The position numbers and the translations under genes were made by a program. Below the pieces are notes generated by a model that did not search any database, was not told where the DNA came from, and was given only the letters and a program-made list of their open reading frames with translations. A DNA stretch of 64,000 bases from an uncultured Actinomycetes bacterium (GTDB lineage: Bacteria; Actinomycetota; Thermoleophilia; Gaiellales; JAICJC01): the NCBI GenBank assembly GCA_963703275.1, contig OY969804.1, positions 3,601,259 to 3,665,258 of the forward strand, in the 5' to 3' direction. Positions within the stretch are counted from its first letter, which is position 1, and every line of letters starts with the position of its first letter. This document shows positions 28,477 through 38,678 of this stretch, piece by piece.

Positions 28477-28541
28477 AGCTTACCCTGTTACACGCGTTTT
28501 GTCGATGTCAATTGACGGAATGCCCCGTAGTTCTGTACCGT
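28477..28541. promoter_or_regulatory. Back-to-back promoters with central palindrome GTCAATTGAC
   Basis: Minus strand: TCGACA(28505-28500)-N17-TAAGCT(28482-28477), 7 nt to GTG. Plus strand: TTGACG(28512-28517)-N18-TACCGT(28536-28541). Palindrome at 28507-28516. Confidence 0.65.
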
Positions 28542-28586
28542 GTACCGCTCCCCGTCCGAAGGTCCACGCGAACAAGGAGCGCCAAG

Positions 28587-28613
28587 ATGTACGCCGGCAG
28601 GCTCTGGCCGTAA
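28587..28613 (+). CDS. Putative 8-aa micropeptide MYAGRLWP
   Basis: AAGGAG SD (28574-28579) 7 nt before ATG; own promoter upstream; hairpin downstream. Confidence 0.55.
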   Translation: MYAGRLWP

Positions 28614-28669
28614 TCAAGCAGTGACGTCCGGCGCCGCGGTCGCGTGACCAGCAGGCGCGGCGAGACCTG

Positions 28670-28695
28670 GAGCCGCGGCGGGCAGGCCGCGGCTC
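28670..28695. terminator. Hairpin between micropeptide ORF and convergent FAH gene
   Basis: 10-bp perfect stem GAGCCGCGGC/GCCGCGGCTC, 6-nt loop. Confidence 0.6.
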
Positions 28696-29524
28696 AGGGC
28701 TCGAACGCGACCGGGTTTCGGAGCGTGCCGACGCCCTCGACCCACACCTCGCACACGTCGCCGTCGCGCAGGTACCGCGGTGGCGTGCGGGAGTCGCCAA
28801 CGCCGCCCGGGGTGCCGGTGGCGATCACGTCGCCGGGCTCGAGCGTCATTCCCGCCGAGCAGTAGACGATCAGCTCGACGATCGAGAAGATCAGGTTTGC
28901 GGTCGTCGAGTCCTGCAGCACCTCGCCCGAGACGGTCGTCCGCAGGCCGATCGAGTCGAGGTCGACGCCGTCGGCCGCCCCGACGCATGGCCCCATCGGC
29001 GAGAAGGTGTCGAAGCTCTTGCCCAGCGTGAACTGGCGTAGCGGCGTGTCGAACTGGGCCCGGCGGCCCGAGACATCGTTCACCGCGGTCAGGCCTCCGA
29101 CCGCCGCCCGCGCGGCTGCGGCGTCGGCGCGGTAGGTGCGGCGGCCGATCACCACGCCGACCTCGCCCTCGTAGTCGGGCCGCGTCTCCTCGCGCGGAAC
29201 GACGATCGTCGCGCCGGGGCTGGTGACCGCCGAGCCGAACTTGGCGAACACCACGGGGACCTCGGGGATCGCGAGCTGGGACTCCGCCGCGTGGTCGCGG
29301 TAGTTGAGGCCGATGCCTATCAGCTTGCGCGGGACGACGGGATGCTGCAGCGAGACGGCGGCGAGTGCGACGGACGCCCCCGAGGCGTTCGCGATCTGGG
29401 CCCAGGCCTCCGGCGAGGCATCGAAGCCGGTGGCACCGGCGGGGCCGGCGTCTACCACGTGGTCGTCCTCGAGCCGGCCAATCCGGGCGTCTCCGCCGTC
29501 CTTGGTGTAGCGGACGGCCCTCAT
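28694..29524 (-). CDS. Fumarylacetoacetate hydrolase family protein
   Basis: IGLNYRDH, DYEGE, NDVS, GKSFDTF, GDVIATGTP. Confidence 0.93.
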   Translation of the reverse strand: MRAVRYTKDGGDARIGRLEDDHVVDAGPAGATGFDASPEAWAQIANASGASVALAAVSLQHPVVPRKLIGIGLNYRDHAAESQLAIPEVPVVFAKFGSAVTSPGATIVVPREETRPDYEGEVGVVIGRRTYRADAAAARAAVGGLTAVNDVSGRRAQFDTPLRQFTLGKSFDTFSPMGPCVGAADGVDLDSIGLRTTVSGEVLQDSTTANLIFSIVELIVYCSAGMTLEPGDVIATGTPGGVGDSRTPPRYLRDGDVCEVWVEGVGTLRNPVAFEP

Positions 29525-29889
29525 CGGCCCTGCTCCGTTCGCAGCACCTTGAGCGCGTTGATCGCCCGCGGAATTCCGGTGTAGGGGGCAGTCTGCAAGA
29601 TGGTCTCCTCGATGTCGGAGTCGGGAACGTCAAGCGTGCGGAGCGCCTCGATGTGCGCGGCCACCTGCGGGTCGGAGCTGCCGAGGCCCGTCAGGAGGGC
29701 GAGGATGATCAGCTCGCGCTCGCGGGCCGAGAGGCCGCCGCGGGAGTGGACATCACCGAACACCCAGTCGACGAGCCAGGTCGCCATAGGCTCGCCCATC
29801 CGCTCGAGGAACGCGTCTCCGCCGGGGTGGTCTCCCAACTCGGCCAGCCGCTCCAGGCCGCGCCGGTGCCGTTCGTCCTCCTCGGTCAT
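29521..29889 (-). CDS. Carboxymuconolactone decarboxylase family protein
   Basis: FGDVHSRGGLSARERELI...H...Q.APYTG.P; AGGAGG SD before ATG 29889. Confidence 0.88.
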   Translation of the reverse strand: MTEEDERHRRGLERLAELGDHPGGDAFLERMGEPMATWLVDWVFGDVHSRGGLSARERELIILALLTGLGSSDPQVAAHIEALRTLDVPDSDIEETILQTAPYTGIPRAINALKVLRTEQGR

Positions 29890-29898
29890 CGCCCCTCC

Positions 29899-29933
29899 TT
29901 GACCCGGTTGCGGGCGACGGATACTGTATCCAA
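29899..29933 (+). promoter_or_regulatory. Promoter TTGACC-N17-TACTGT overlapped by palindrome GGATACTGTATCC
   Basis: Palindrome 29919-29931 covers the -10; shares TGTATCCAA with the APC promoter. Confidence 0.65.
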
Positions 29934-29935
29934 TC

Positions 29936-30796
29936 GTGCCCGACCGCCGTGTGCGTGTGGACGTTACCGGATCTCCGCAATGGGGAATCCCGCGTGGAGA
30001 CCGCATCCTGCTCGACGACGGCCGTGAGTTGCCCGCGGCGGGGGTGCGCTACCTGGCGCCGGCCGAGCCGACCAAGATCATTGCCACCCATCTCACCTAT
30101 CGCAGCCGGCTTGTCGAGTACGGCGCCCGGGTGCCCGCCGAGCCGTCGTACTTCATGAAGCCGCCGTCGTCGCTGAACGGGCACGGCGGCGTGGTGCGGC
30201 GTCCCCGGGGGACACGGTTTTTGAACTACGAGGGCGAGGTGGCCGCGGTGATCGGGCGCGCGATGCACGGCGTGCCCGAGTCGGATGCCCTTCAGTACGT
30301 GGCCGGATACGCCCCGGCCAACGACGTCGGTCTGCACGACTTCCGCCACGCCGACCGGGGCTCGATGCTGCGGGTGAAGGGCCAGGACGGGTTCTGCCCG
30401 ATGGGGCCGGAGCTCACGCCGGCGAGCGACTTCGACCCGACCGACTTCCGCCTGCGCACGTTCCTGAACGGGGCCGTCGTCCAGGAGGGTGGCAGCGACG
30501 ACCTGATCTGGCCGATCGCCTACCTGCTGGCCGACCTGTGCCGGCTGATCACCCTCGAGCCCGGCGACGTTATCCTCACCGGCACGCCGGCCAACTCCCG
30601 CCCGATGGAGCCCGGAGACACGGTGGCGGTGGAGGTGTCCGGCCTCGGCCGGCTCGAGAACACCGTGGTCGATTGGGATGTCGACCTGCGCGGGCCGGGC
30701 GAGCAGCCGCAGGTATCGGCGCAGACGCTGCATGTCGCCCTGGCCGTGCCCGAGGACGAGGCCGAGCGGACGGTGGCCGCCGGGGAGCCGGCGTGA
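29936..30796 (+). CDS. Fumarylacetoacetate hydrolase family (HpaG-like)
   Basis: FMKPPSS, NYEGE, NDV, KGQDGFCP, GDVILTGTP. Confidence 0.9.
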   Translation: MPDRRVRVDVTGSPQWGIPRGDRILLDDGRELPAAGVRYLAPAEPTKIIATHLTYRSRLVEYGARVPAEPSYFMKPPSSLNGHGGVVRRPRGTRFLNYEGEVAAVIGRAMHGVPESDALQYVAGYAPANDVGLHDFRHADRGSMLRVKGQDGFCPMGPELTPASDFDPTDFRLRTFLNGAVVQEGGSDDLIWPIAYLLADLCRLITLEPGDVILTGTPANSRPMEPGDTVAVEVSGLGRLENTVVDWDVDLRGPGEQPQVSAQTLHVALAVPEDEAERTVAAGEPA

Positions 30797-32235
30797 CGGT
30801 CGCGGCCCGCACCGGTCAGCAGTATCTGGACGGCCTGCGCGGTGACGGCCGCGAGCTGTGGCTGAACGGCGAGAAGATCACGCATCCGCTCGACCACGAC
30901 GAGCTGCGGGGCGCCGCGATGTCGCTTGCGCGGGTGTACGACCTGCAGCACGAGCACGCCGCCGAGATGCTCGCGCCCTCACCCGACGACGGCCGGCTCG
31001 TGAACGTCACCCACCTCATCCCGCGGTCGCAGGCCGACCTCGAGCGGCGGCGGCGCGCGATCGAGCTCGTCGCGGCGCTCTCGGGCGGCACGATGGGGCG
31101 CACGCCGGACTACCTGAACGTCACGTTCGCCTGTTTCGCCGGTCGCGCGGACGTCTGGGCCCGGCGCGGCAACGAGCAGGGCGCGGCCAACCTCGTCGCC
31201 TACCAGCGGCTGATGCGCGACCGCGACCTGGCGACGACCCACTCGATCATGAACCCTCAGGTCGACCGCACCAAGCCCGAGGCCGAGCAGGCCGCCGGCG
31301 AGGTCGCGCTGCACAAGGTGGGCGAGACCGAGAGCCACATCACCGTCCGGGGGGCGCGCATGCTGGCCACGCTGGCGCCGTTTGCCGACGAGCTCACGAT
31401 CTATCCGGGGTCGGACATCCGGCCCCAGGACGGGCGCTACGCGCTGTCGTTCGCGATCCCGATGGGCACGCCGGGGCTGCGCTTCATCTGCCGCGACTCG
31501 TACTCGAAGCAGCGCTCGGCCTTCGACAGTCCGCTGTCGTCGCGCTTCGACGAGGTCGACGCGGTGGCGATCTTCGACGATGTCGAGGTGCCCAGGGAGC
31601 GGGTGTTCCTGGACGGCGACACGGTCGGCTACTCCGAGGTGATCACCGACACCGGCTGGCGCGGCCACATCATGCACCAGGCGTTCACGCGCGCCTACGT
31701 CAAGCTGTCGTTCGCCTTCGGCCTCGGGCACATGATCGCCAACACGACCGGGGTGGCCCGCTTCGACCACATTCAGGAGAAGCTCGGCCAGATCTGGAAC
31801 ATGTGCGAGCTCACCCGCTCGGCACTGGTGGCCGCCGAGGCCGGATCGGGCCTGGACGAGGGCGGCGTCTGGTATCCCGACGACCGCCCGTTCCTGGCGC
31901 TGCGCGGCGAGATGCCCAAGTGGCTGCCCTACTGCAACGAGATCCTGCAGCTGATCGGCGGCGGCGGATTCATGTGCACGCCGTCGGAGGCCGACGTCCA
32001 CGGGCCGCTGGCCGATGCGATCGCCACCTACTACCAGGCGGCGGGCGCCGACGCCGAGCGCCGCATCCGCCTGTTCCGGCTGGCCTGGGACTACATCGGC
32101 TCGGATCTGGGCGGGCGCGGCGAGCTGTACGAGCGCTTCTATCTCTCGGACTCGTGGCGGATGACCGCGCTGGCCTACAAGATCGCCGACAAGAGCTTCG
32201 CCGAGTCCCTGGTGGAGCAGTTCCTCCACGACTAG
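30793..32235 (+). CDS. hpaB: 4-hydroxyphenylacetate 3-monooxygenase family oxygenase subunit
   Basis: RTGQQYLDGLR, MGRTPDY, NPQVDR, VRGARMLAT, LSSRFDE, RGELYERFY. Confidence 0.85.
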   Translation: MTVAARTGQQYLDGLRGDGRELWLNGEKITHPLDHDELRGAAMSLARVYDLQHEHAAEMLAPSPDDGRLVNVTHLIPRSQADLERRRRAIELVAALSGGTMGRTPDYLNVTFACFAGRADVWARRGNEQGAANLVAYQRLMRDRDLATTHSIMNPQVDRTKPEAEQAAGEVALHKVGETESHITVRGARMLATLAPFADELTIYPGSDIRPQDGRYALSFAIPMGTPGLRFICRDSYSKQRSAFDSPLSSRFDEVDAVAIFDDVEVPRERVFLDGDTVGYSEVITDTGWRGHIMHQAFTRAYVKLSFAFGLGHMIANTTGVARFDHIQEKLGQIWNMCELTRSALVAAEAGSGLDEGGVWYPDDRPFLALRGEMPKWLPYCNEILQLIGGGGFMCTPSEADVHGPLADAIATYYQAAGADAERRIRLFRLAWDYIGSDLGGRGELYERFYLSDSWRMTALAYKIADKSFAESLVEQFLHD

Positions 32236-32248
32236 ATTTGGGGTCGAG

Positions 32249-33027
32249 GTGAACTCGTCCGGATACTCGCTGCCGCTCTCCCCCCACGGCACGGCTTCGC
32301 TCGTGCCCGCGCCGCCGTGGCACTACGTGGGCGACTTCTTCGTGATCGAGTACTGGGCCGATCCGGCCGCGGTCGCGGCGGTGCTGCCCGAGGGGCTCGA
32401 GCCACACCCCGACCCGGGCAGGGCCGCGGCACTGTTCGTCGACTGGCAGTCCTGCGCGGAGGGCGGGGAGGAGCTGCTCGAGCCGGCCCGCGGGCAGTAC
32501 AAGGAGTTCTTCATCGTCGTGAACGCGCTCCTTGACGGCGAGCCGGTGACCACCTGCCCCTACATCTGGGTCGACAAGGACTTCGCGCTCGTGCGCGGGT
32601 GGATCCAGGGGTTCCCCAAGAAGCTCGGGCAGATCGACATGACCCGCTCGTTCGGGCTCGACTGCCGCGCCGAGGGCCGCACCTTCGCCGGCACCGTGTC
32701 GGCCAACGGCCATCGCCTCGCGAAGGGCACCGTCACGCCGGAGCGCGAGTCGCAGGCCGGGCCGACCCACAACGACCCGCCGCTCATCAACCGGCGCCAC
32801 TTCCCCCGGCTCGCGGCCGGGCGTCACGCCGACCCCGCCGTGCACGAGCTCGTCCGCGCCCGCAGCCGTGACCGCGCGATCTCGGCGATCCACGAGGGCC
32901 CCGCGACGCTCGAGCTGCTTCCGGCGCCGGGCGAGGAGCACGACACGCTCGCGCCCGTGCGGATGGGCAAGGGCTTCCGGTTCACGTTCGCCTACACGGT
33001 GGACGACCTCGAGACCGTCCGCGAGCT

Positions 33028-33031
<4 letters not shown>
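32249..33031 (+). CDS. Acetoacetate decarboxylase family protein
   Basis: PPWHY, YKEF, PYIWVD..ALVRGWIQGFPKK (Schiff-base Lys). Confidence 0.88.
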
Positions 33032-34472
<1,441 letters not shown>

Positions 34473-34476
<4 letters not shown>

Positions 34477-35717
34477 CCGCCGCTCCGGTCACGGTCGACT
34501 TCGAGAACGACGTCTTCGCCGGCGGGATCCCCCACGACATGTTCCGCTGGCTGCGCGAGAACGACCCCGTGCGCTGGTACGACTGGCCGTACGGCCGCGG
34601 CTACTGGGCGGTCACGCGGCACGACGACCTGGTGGCGGTGCACCGGGACACGGCCACGTTCTCGTCCGAGGTCGGGGCGACCGCCCTCGAGGATCTCGAG
34701 CAGGACGCGATCGATGCGCGCAAGTCGATGCTCGACACCGATCCGCCCCGCCACACCCGTCTGCGGGCGTTGGTGAACCGTGGCTTCACCCCGAGGGCGG
34801 TGGCCGCCTACGAGACCCTTCTGCGTGAGCTGACGACCACCATCCTCGACCGGGCGCTGCAGATGGGCGAGTTCGACTTCGTCGAGGACGTGGCCGCGGT
34901 GCTGCCGATCCAGGTGCTCTGCGAGATCCTGGGCGTGCCCCACGCCGACAACGCCAAGCTGATCGAGTGGGGCGACGCCATGATCGGCTCGACCGACCCT
35001 GACCTGTCCACGATCTCCTACGAGGATCCCGCGAGCGACGAGTACCGGCTGCTGCCGTTCCGCAGCCCGGTCGCGCTCGAGGTCTACCGCTACGGCCACG
35101 CCCTCGCGGCCGAGCGCCGAGCGCAGCCCGGCGACGACATCGTCACCAAGCTCGTCGAGGCCGAGATCGAGGGCAGCCGGCTGACCGAGCAGGAGTTCGA
35201 CGCGATGTTCCTGCTGCTCGTCGTGGCCGGCAACGAGACCACCCGGCAGGCCATCGCCCACGGGATGCAGGCGCTGATGGACTTCCCGGACGAGCTCGAG
35301 CGGCTGCGGGCAGATTCGGCGCTGATGCCGACCGCGGTCGAGGAGATCCTGCGCTGGTCGACGCCGGTGCTGCACTTTCGCCGGACCGCCGCCACCGACA
35401 CCGAGCTGCGGGGCGTGCCCATCAAGGCGGGCGACAAGGTGGTCACGTGGTACGCCTCGGCCAACTTCGACGAGCGCGTGTTCGACCAGCCGCTGCACTT
35501 CGACGTCGGCCGCCGCCCAAACGACCACGTCAGCTTCGGCCGCGGCGGGCCGCACTTCTGCCTGGGCGCACACCTGGCCAAGCTCGAGGTGCGGATCATG
35601 TTCGAGGAACTGCTTCCCCGGCTCGAGTCGATCGAGCCCGCGGGGCCGGTGCGGCGGATCCGCACCAATTTCACCAACGCCCTCAAGCGCATGCCCGTGC
35701 GCGCCGTCGCCGCATGA
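34473..35717 (+). CDS. Cytochrome P450 (CYP124/125/142-like)
   Basis: DPPRHTRLR, AGNETT I-helix, EEILR, FGRGGPHFCLG heme Cys; ATGA overlap. Confidence 0.93.
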
Positions 35718-35729
35718 AAGGATTCGCGC

Positions 35730-37059
35730 GTGGCCGATAGCACCCTGAAAGACCTCGAGCAGCGCGGGGTCCGCACCGTCCGCGTCACCTACCCCGATCT
35801 GCACGGCATCTCCCGCGGCAAGGACTATCCGATCTCCCATTTCCCGCATGTGATCGCCGATGGCGGCGCCTACTGCGAGGCGATCATGACCGTCGACCTG
35901 CGTCACAACGTGGTGGCCGGGCCCGAGCACGGCTTCCAGGACATCCTCGCCCGCCCCGACCTCGACACGCTCGTCCCGGTGCCGTGGGAGCAGGACACGG
36001 CCTGGTGCCTGGCCGACCTGGTGCGCATGGACGGCTCGCCCTACGGCGTCGATCCGCGGGCGACCGTGCGCCGCGCGGTCGCAGCCTACGCCGAGCTCGG
36101 CCTGACGCCCATCGTCGGCCCGGAGCTCGAGTTCTACCTGTGCGCGCCCGATCCGGCCGAGACGGTTGGCTACCGCCGCTACGTGGACAACCCCAGCCAT
36201 GTGTACACCGTCGGCCAGGTCGCCGATCCGCGCGGCCTCCTGACCGCGATGCTGCACGCATGCGTCGACATGGGCCTCGGCGCGATCGCCGCCAACCACG
36301 AGTACGGCCGCAGCCAGTTCGAGATCAACCTCACCCACGGCCCCGCCCTTCAGGCGGCCGACCGCGCCTTCCGGTTCAAGTCGGTGGTCAAGGACATGGC
36401 CGCGCGCGAGGGCCTGCTGGCGACCTTCATCGGCAAGCCCTGGAACGACGACGAGGGGTCGGGGTTCCACCTGCACCTGTCCCTCAACGACGGCGACGGC
36501 AAAAACGCCCTGAACGGCCCGGGCGATGACGGCCTCTCGCCGCTTGCCCGGCACATGATCGGAGGGCTGCTCGAGCACGGGCCGGCGCTGATGGCGTTCT
36601 TCAACCCCACCACCAACGCGTACCGCCGCCTGCATCCGGAGGCGCTCGTGCCGACGCTCGTGAGCTGGGGCCACGACAACCGGCTGACGCTGGCGCGCGT
36701 TCCCCGCGAGCGGGGCGGCGCGACCAGGATCGAGTTCCGGGTCGGCGACGGCGCGGCGAACCCGTACCTCGCCATCGCAGCGGCGCTGTTTGCGGGCCTT
36801 GACGGCATCCGCCGCGAGCTCGAGCCGCCGCCTCCGAGCGAGGGGCTGATCTACGAGCTTCCCGAGGCCGAGACGATGACCCCGCTCCCGACCACCTTCG
36901 AGGCGGCGCTCGAGGCGCTGTCAGCCGACGAGGTGCTCGTCGACGCGATGGGGCCCGAGCTGGTGCAGGTCTTCCGGGTGATCAAGGACGCCGAGCTCGA
37001 GCGCGCCCGCCGCTACGTCACCGACTGGGAGTTCGCAGGAGTACACCCACCATTTGTAG
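35730..37059 (+). CDS. Glutamine synthetase family protein (gamma-glutamyl-amine ligase-like); apparent +1 insertion near 37035
   Basis: DLHGISRGK, GPELEFYL, HEYGRSQFEI, GSGFHLH, WGHDNR, RIEFR; the typical end TDWEF..EYTHHL* appears in the shifted frame (TAG 37057-37059). Confidence 0.88.
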
Positions 37060-37070
37060 ACCGGGGAGGG

Positions 37071-37598
37071 CTACCAGCCCGAGCCGGCGATGCCGATGAC
37101 GCGGCCGCTGGGGACGAGCGCGTCCTCGTCCAGGCCGCCGAACGCGCCCCGGTGGAAGATGAGGGGCTCGCCGCCCGAGCCCTCGAAATCGACGACCTCG
37201 CCGACGACGAGCTCGTGGTCGCCGGCGGCGTGGATGCCCACGACCTCGCAGCGCAGGATCGCGAGCGCGTGCATGACCGCCACGTAGCCGGCCGGGTCGA
37301 CGATGGTGTGGCCGGGCGGGAAGGGCGCGCCGCGCTGAGCGAAGGCGAGGGCGACGTCGCGCTGGCGGCGGTGAAGCACGTTCACGGCGAAGCGCTGGCT
37401 GCGGGTGATCATCTCGAGCGTGCGCGTGCCGTGTGCGAGCGAGACCAGCACCAGGAGCGGCTCGAGCGACACCGAGGTGAACGAGTTGAGCGTCATCCCG
37501 GCGTGTGAGTCCCCGACGCGGCTCGTGACCACCGTCACCCCGGTCGCGAACGCACCGACGACCTCGCGAAAATCGAGGCGGGCCTGGTCGTGGGACAT
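37071..37598 (-). CDS. Flavin reductase (HpaC-like)
   Basis: FATGVTVVT, GMTLNSFTSVSLEP, AGDH, PLIF; -10 TATGGT 7 nt before ATG. Confidence 0.92.
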   Translation of the reverse strand: MSHDQARLDFREVVGAFATGVTVVTSRVGDSHAGMTLNSFTSVSLEPLLVLVSLAHGTRTLEMITRSQRFAVNVLHRRQRDVALAFAQRGAPFPPGHTIVDPAGYVAVMHALAILRCEVVGIHAAGDHELVVGEVVDFEGSGGEPLIFHRGAFGGLDEDALVPSGRVIGIAGSGW

Positions 37599-37648
37599 CG
37601 CCGCGACCATACGCGAGCCCCACCCGCCACGCAAACGCGGGTCTCTAG

Positions 37649-37824
37649 CCCGGTATTCACGCTGCGCGTGCATACCGGGCTGTGTGTCGTGGTGGTTTGG
37701 TGGCTCGCGGCCTTCGACCGCGGCTCGGTGTCAGGCACCGAATATTCACGCTGCCGCGTGAAGATATTCATCGCCTGACACCACAGTGGGCGTGAATAAC
37801 CGGTGCCAGGCACTCAATATTCAC
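37649..37824. repeat. Cluster of REP-like palindromes (GGTGYCAGGCACC core with GTGAATA/TATTCAC arms)
   Basis: Hairpins at ~37650-37680, 37727-37782 and 37792-37824; the last matches 52137-52169 in reverse complement with 2 differences. Confidence 0.7.
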
Positions 37825-37836
37825 CGTTGCATGGGT

Positions 37837-37853
37837 ATTGCCCGTTGGGCAAT
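37837..37853. promoter_or_regulatory. Palindrome ATTGCCCGTTGGGCAAT, candidate IclR operator
   Basis: Sits in the iclR promoter; TTGCC-N5-GGCAA recurs at 38648-38662. Confidence 0.6.
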
Positions 37854-37862
37854 GATGCGGGG

Positions 37863-38645
37863 ATGCCTCCCACCGGACGACCCGCCGAGCGGCGGCTGGC
37901 CGCGGTCGAGCGCGCCATGCGCATCCTGGACGCGTTTCTGCGCGTGCGCGGCGATGCCGGCACCACCGAGCTGGCGCGGCTCACCGCCATCAACGCCAGC
38001 ACCGTCTCGCGCACACTCTCGACCCTGGTGGATGCCGGCTACGTCGAGCATGTGGCTGAAACAGGGCGCTACCGCCTCGGCACGCACCTGCTCGCCCTGG
38101 CAAACCACGTCGTCGCCCGGCTCGACCTGCGTGTCCTCGGACGCCCATACCTGGAGCAGCTCGAGGGCGAACTGGGCGAGACGGCGACGCTCTCGCTCCC
38201 GTCCGAGCCCGACCCGGTCACGGTCGACTTCGTCGCCAGCCACTCGAGCGTGTCATCGGTGGCGCGGATCGGCCGCGCGAGCGTCGCCCATGCGACCGCC
38301 ACCGGCAAGGTGATGCTGGCGTTCGGCCCCTCACTTCCGCCCGCCGGCCCGCTGGAGCGGTTCACCGAGCGCACCATCGTCGGGCGGGAGGCGCTCCAGC
38401 GTGAGATCGAGGCGGTGCGCGCCCAGGGCTGGGCGCGGGCCGCTGGGGAGCGCGAGCCGCACCTGAACGCGATCGCCGCCCCCGTGTTCGGCGCCGGCGG
38501 CGAGCTGGCGGCAATCCTCGGCGTCCAGGGCCCGGATACCCGCTTTGACGCCGCCGCCCAGGAGGCGGCCGCGCCGGCGGTGCGCGCGCAGGCACTGGCG
38601 CTCTCGCGGTCGCTTGGGTATGATGAGCCCGAGATTTGGAAATAG
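37863..38645 (+). CDS. IclR-family regulator
   Basis: AVERAMRIL, STVSRTLSTL, YRLG, LGETATL, HATATGKV, AIAAPV. Confidence 0.93.
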   Translation: MPPTGRPAERRLAAVERAMRILDAFLRVRGDAGTTELARLTAINASTVSRTLSTLVDAGYVEHVAETGRYRLGTHLLALANHVVARLDLRVLGRPYLEQLEGELGETATLSLPSEPDPVTVDFVASHSSVSSVARIGRASVAHATATGKVMLAFGPSLPPAGPLERFTERTIVGREALQREIEAVRAQGWARAAGEREPHLNAIAAPVFGAGGELAAILGVQGPDTRFDAAAQEAAAPAVRAQALALSRSLGYDEPEIWK

Positions 38646-38647
38646 CT

Positions 38648-38662
38648 TTGCCCCAGTGGCAA
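38648..38662. promoter_or_regulatory. Second TTGCC-N5-GGCAA site upstream of the FAD oxidoreductase
   Basis: TTGCCCCAGTGGCAA directly before the AAGGAGG SD. Confidence 0.55.
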
Positions 38663-38678
38663 TAAGGAGGGTTTCGGA

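Noticed and set aside
28520-28624. Alternative 34-aa ORF MPRSSVPC...VIKQ
   Set aside because: No SD, and its start lies inside the predicted promoter spacer; the 8-aa ORF has the SD
35730-37508. 592-aa GS with long C-terminal extension
   Set aside because: The extension is antisense to the flavin reductase and arises from a frameshift near 37035
37649-37824. CRISPR array
   Set aside because: Repeats are inverted and degenerate with no regular spacers, and there are no cas genes
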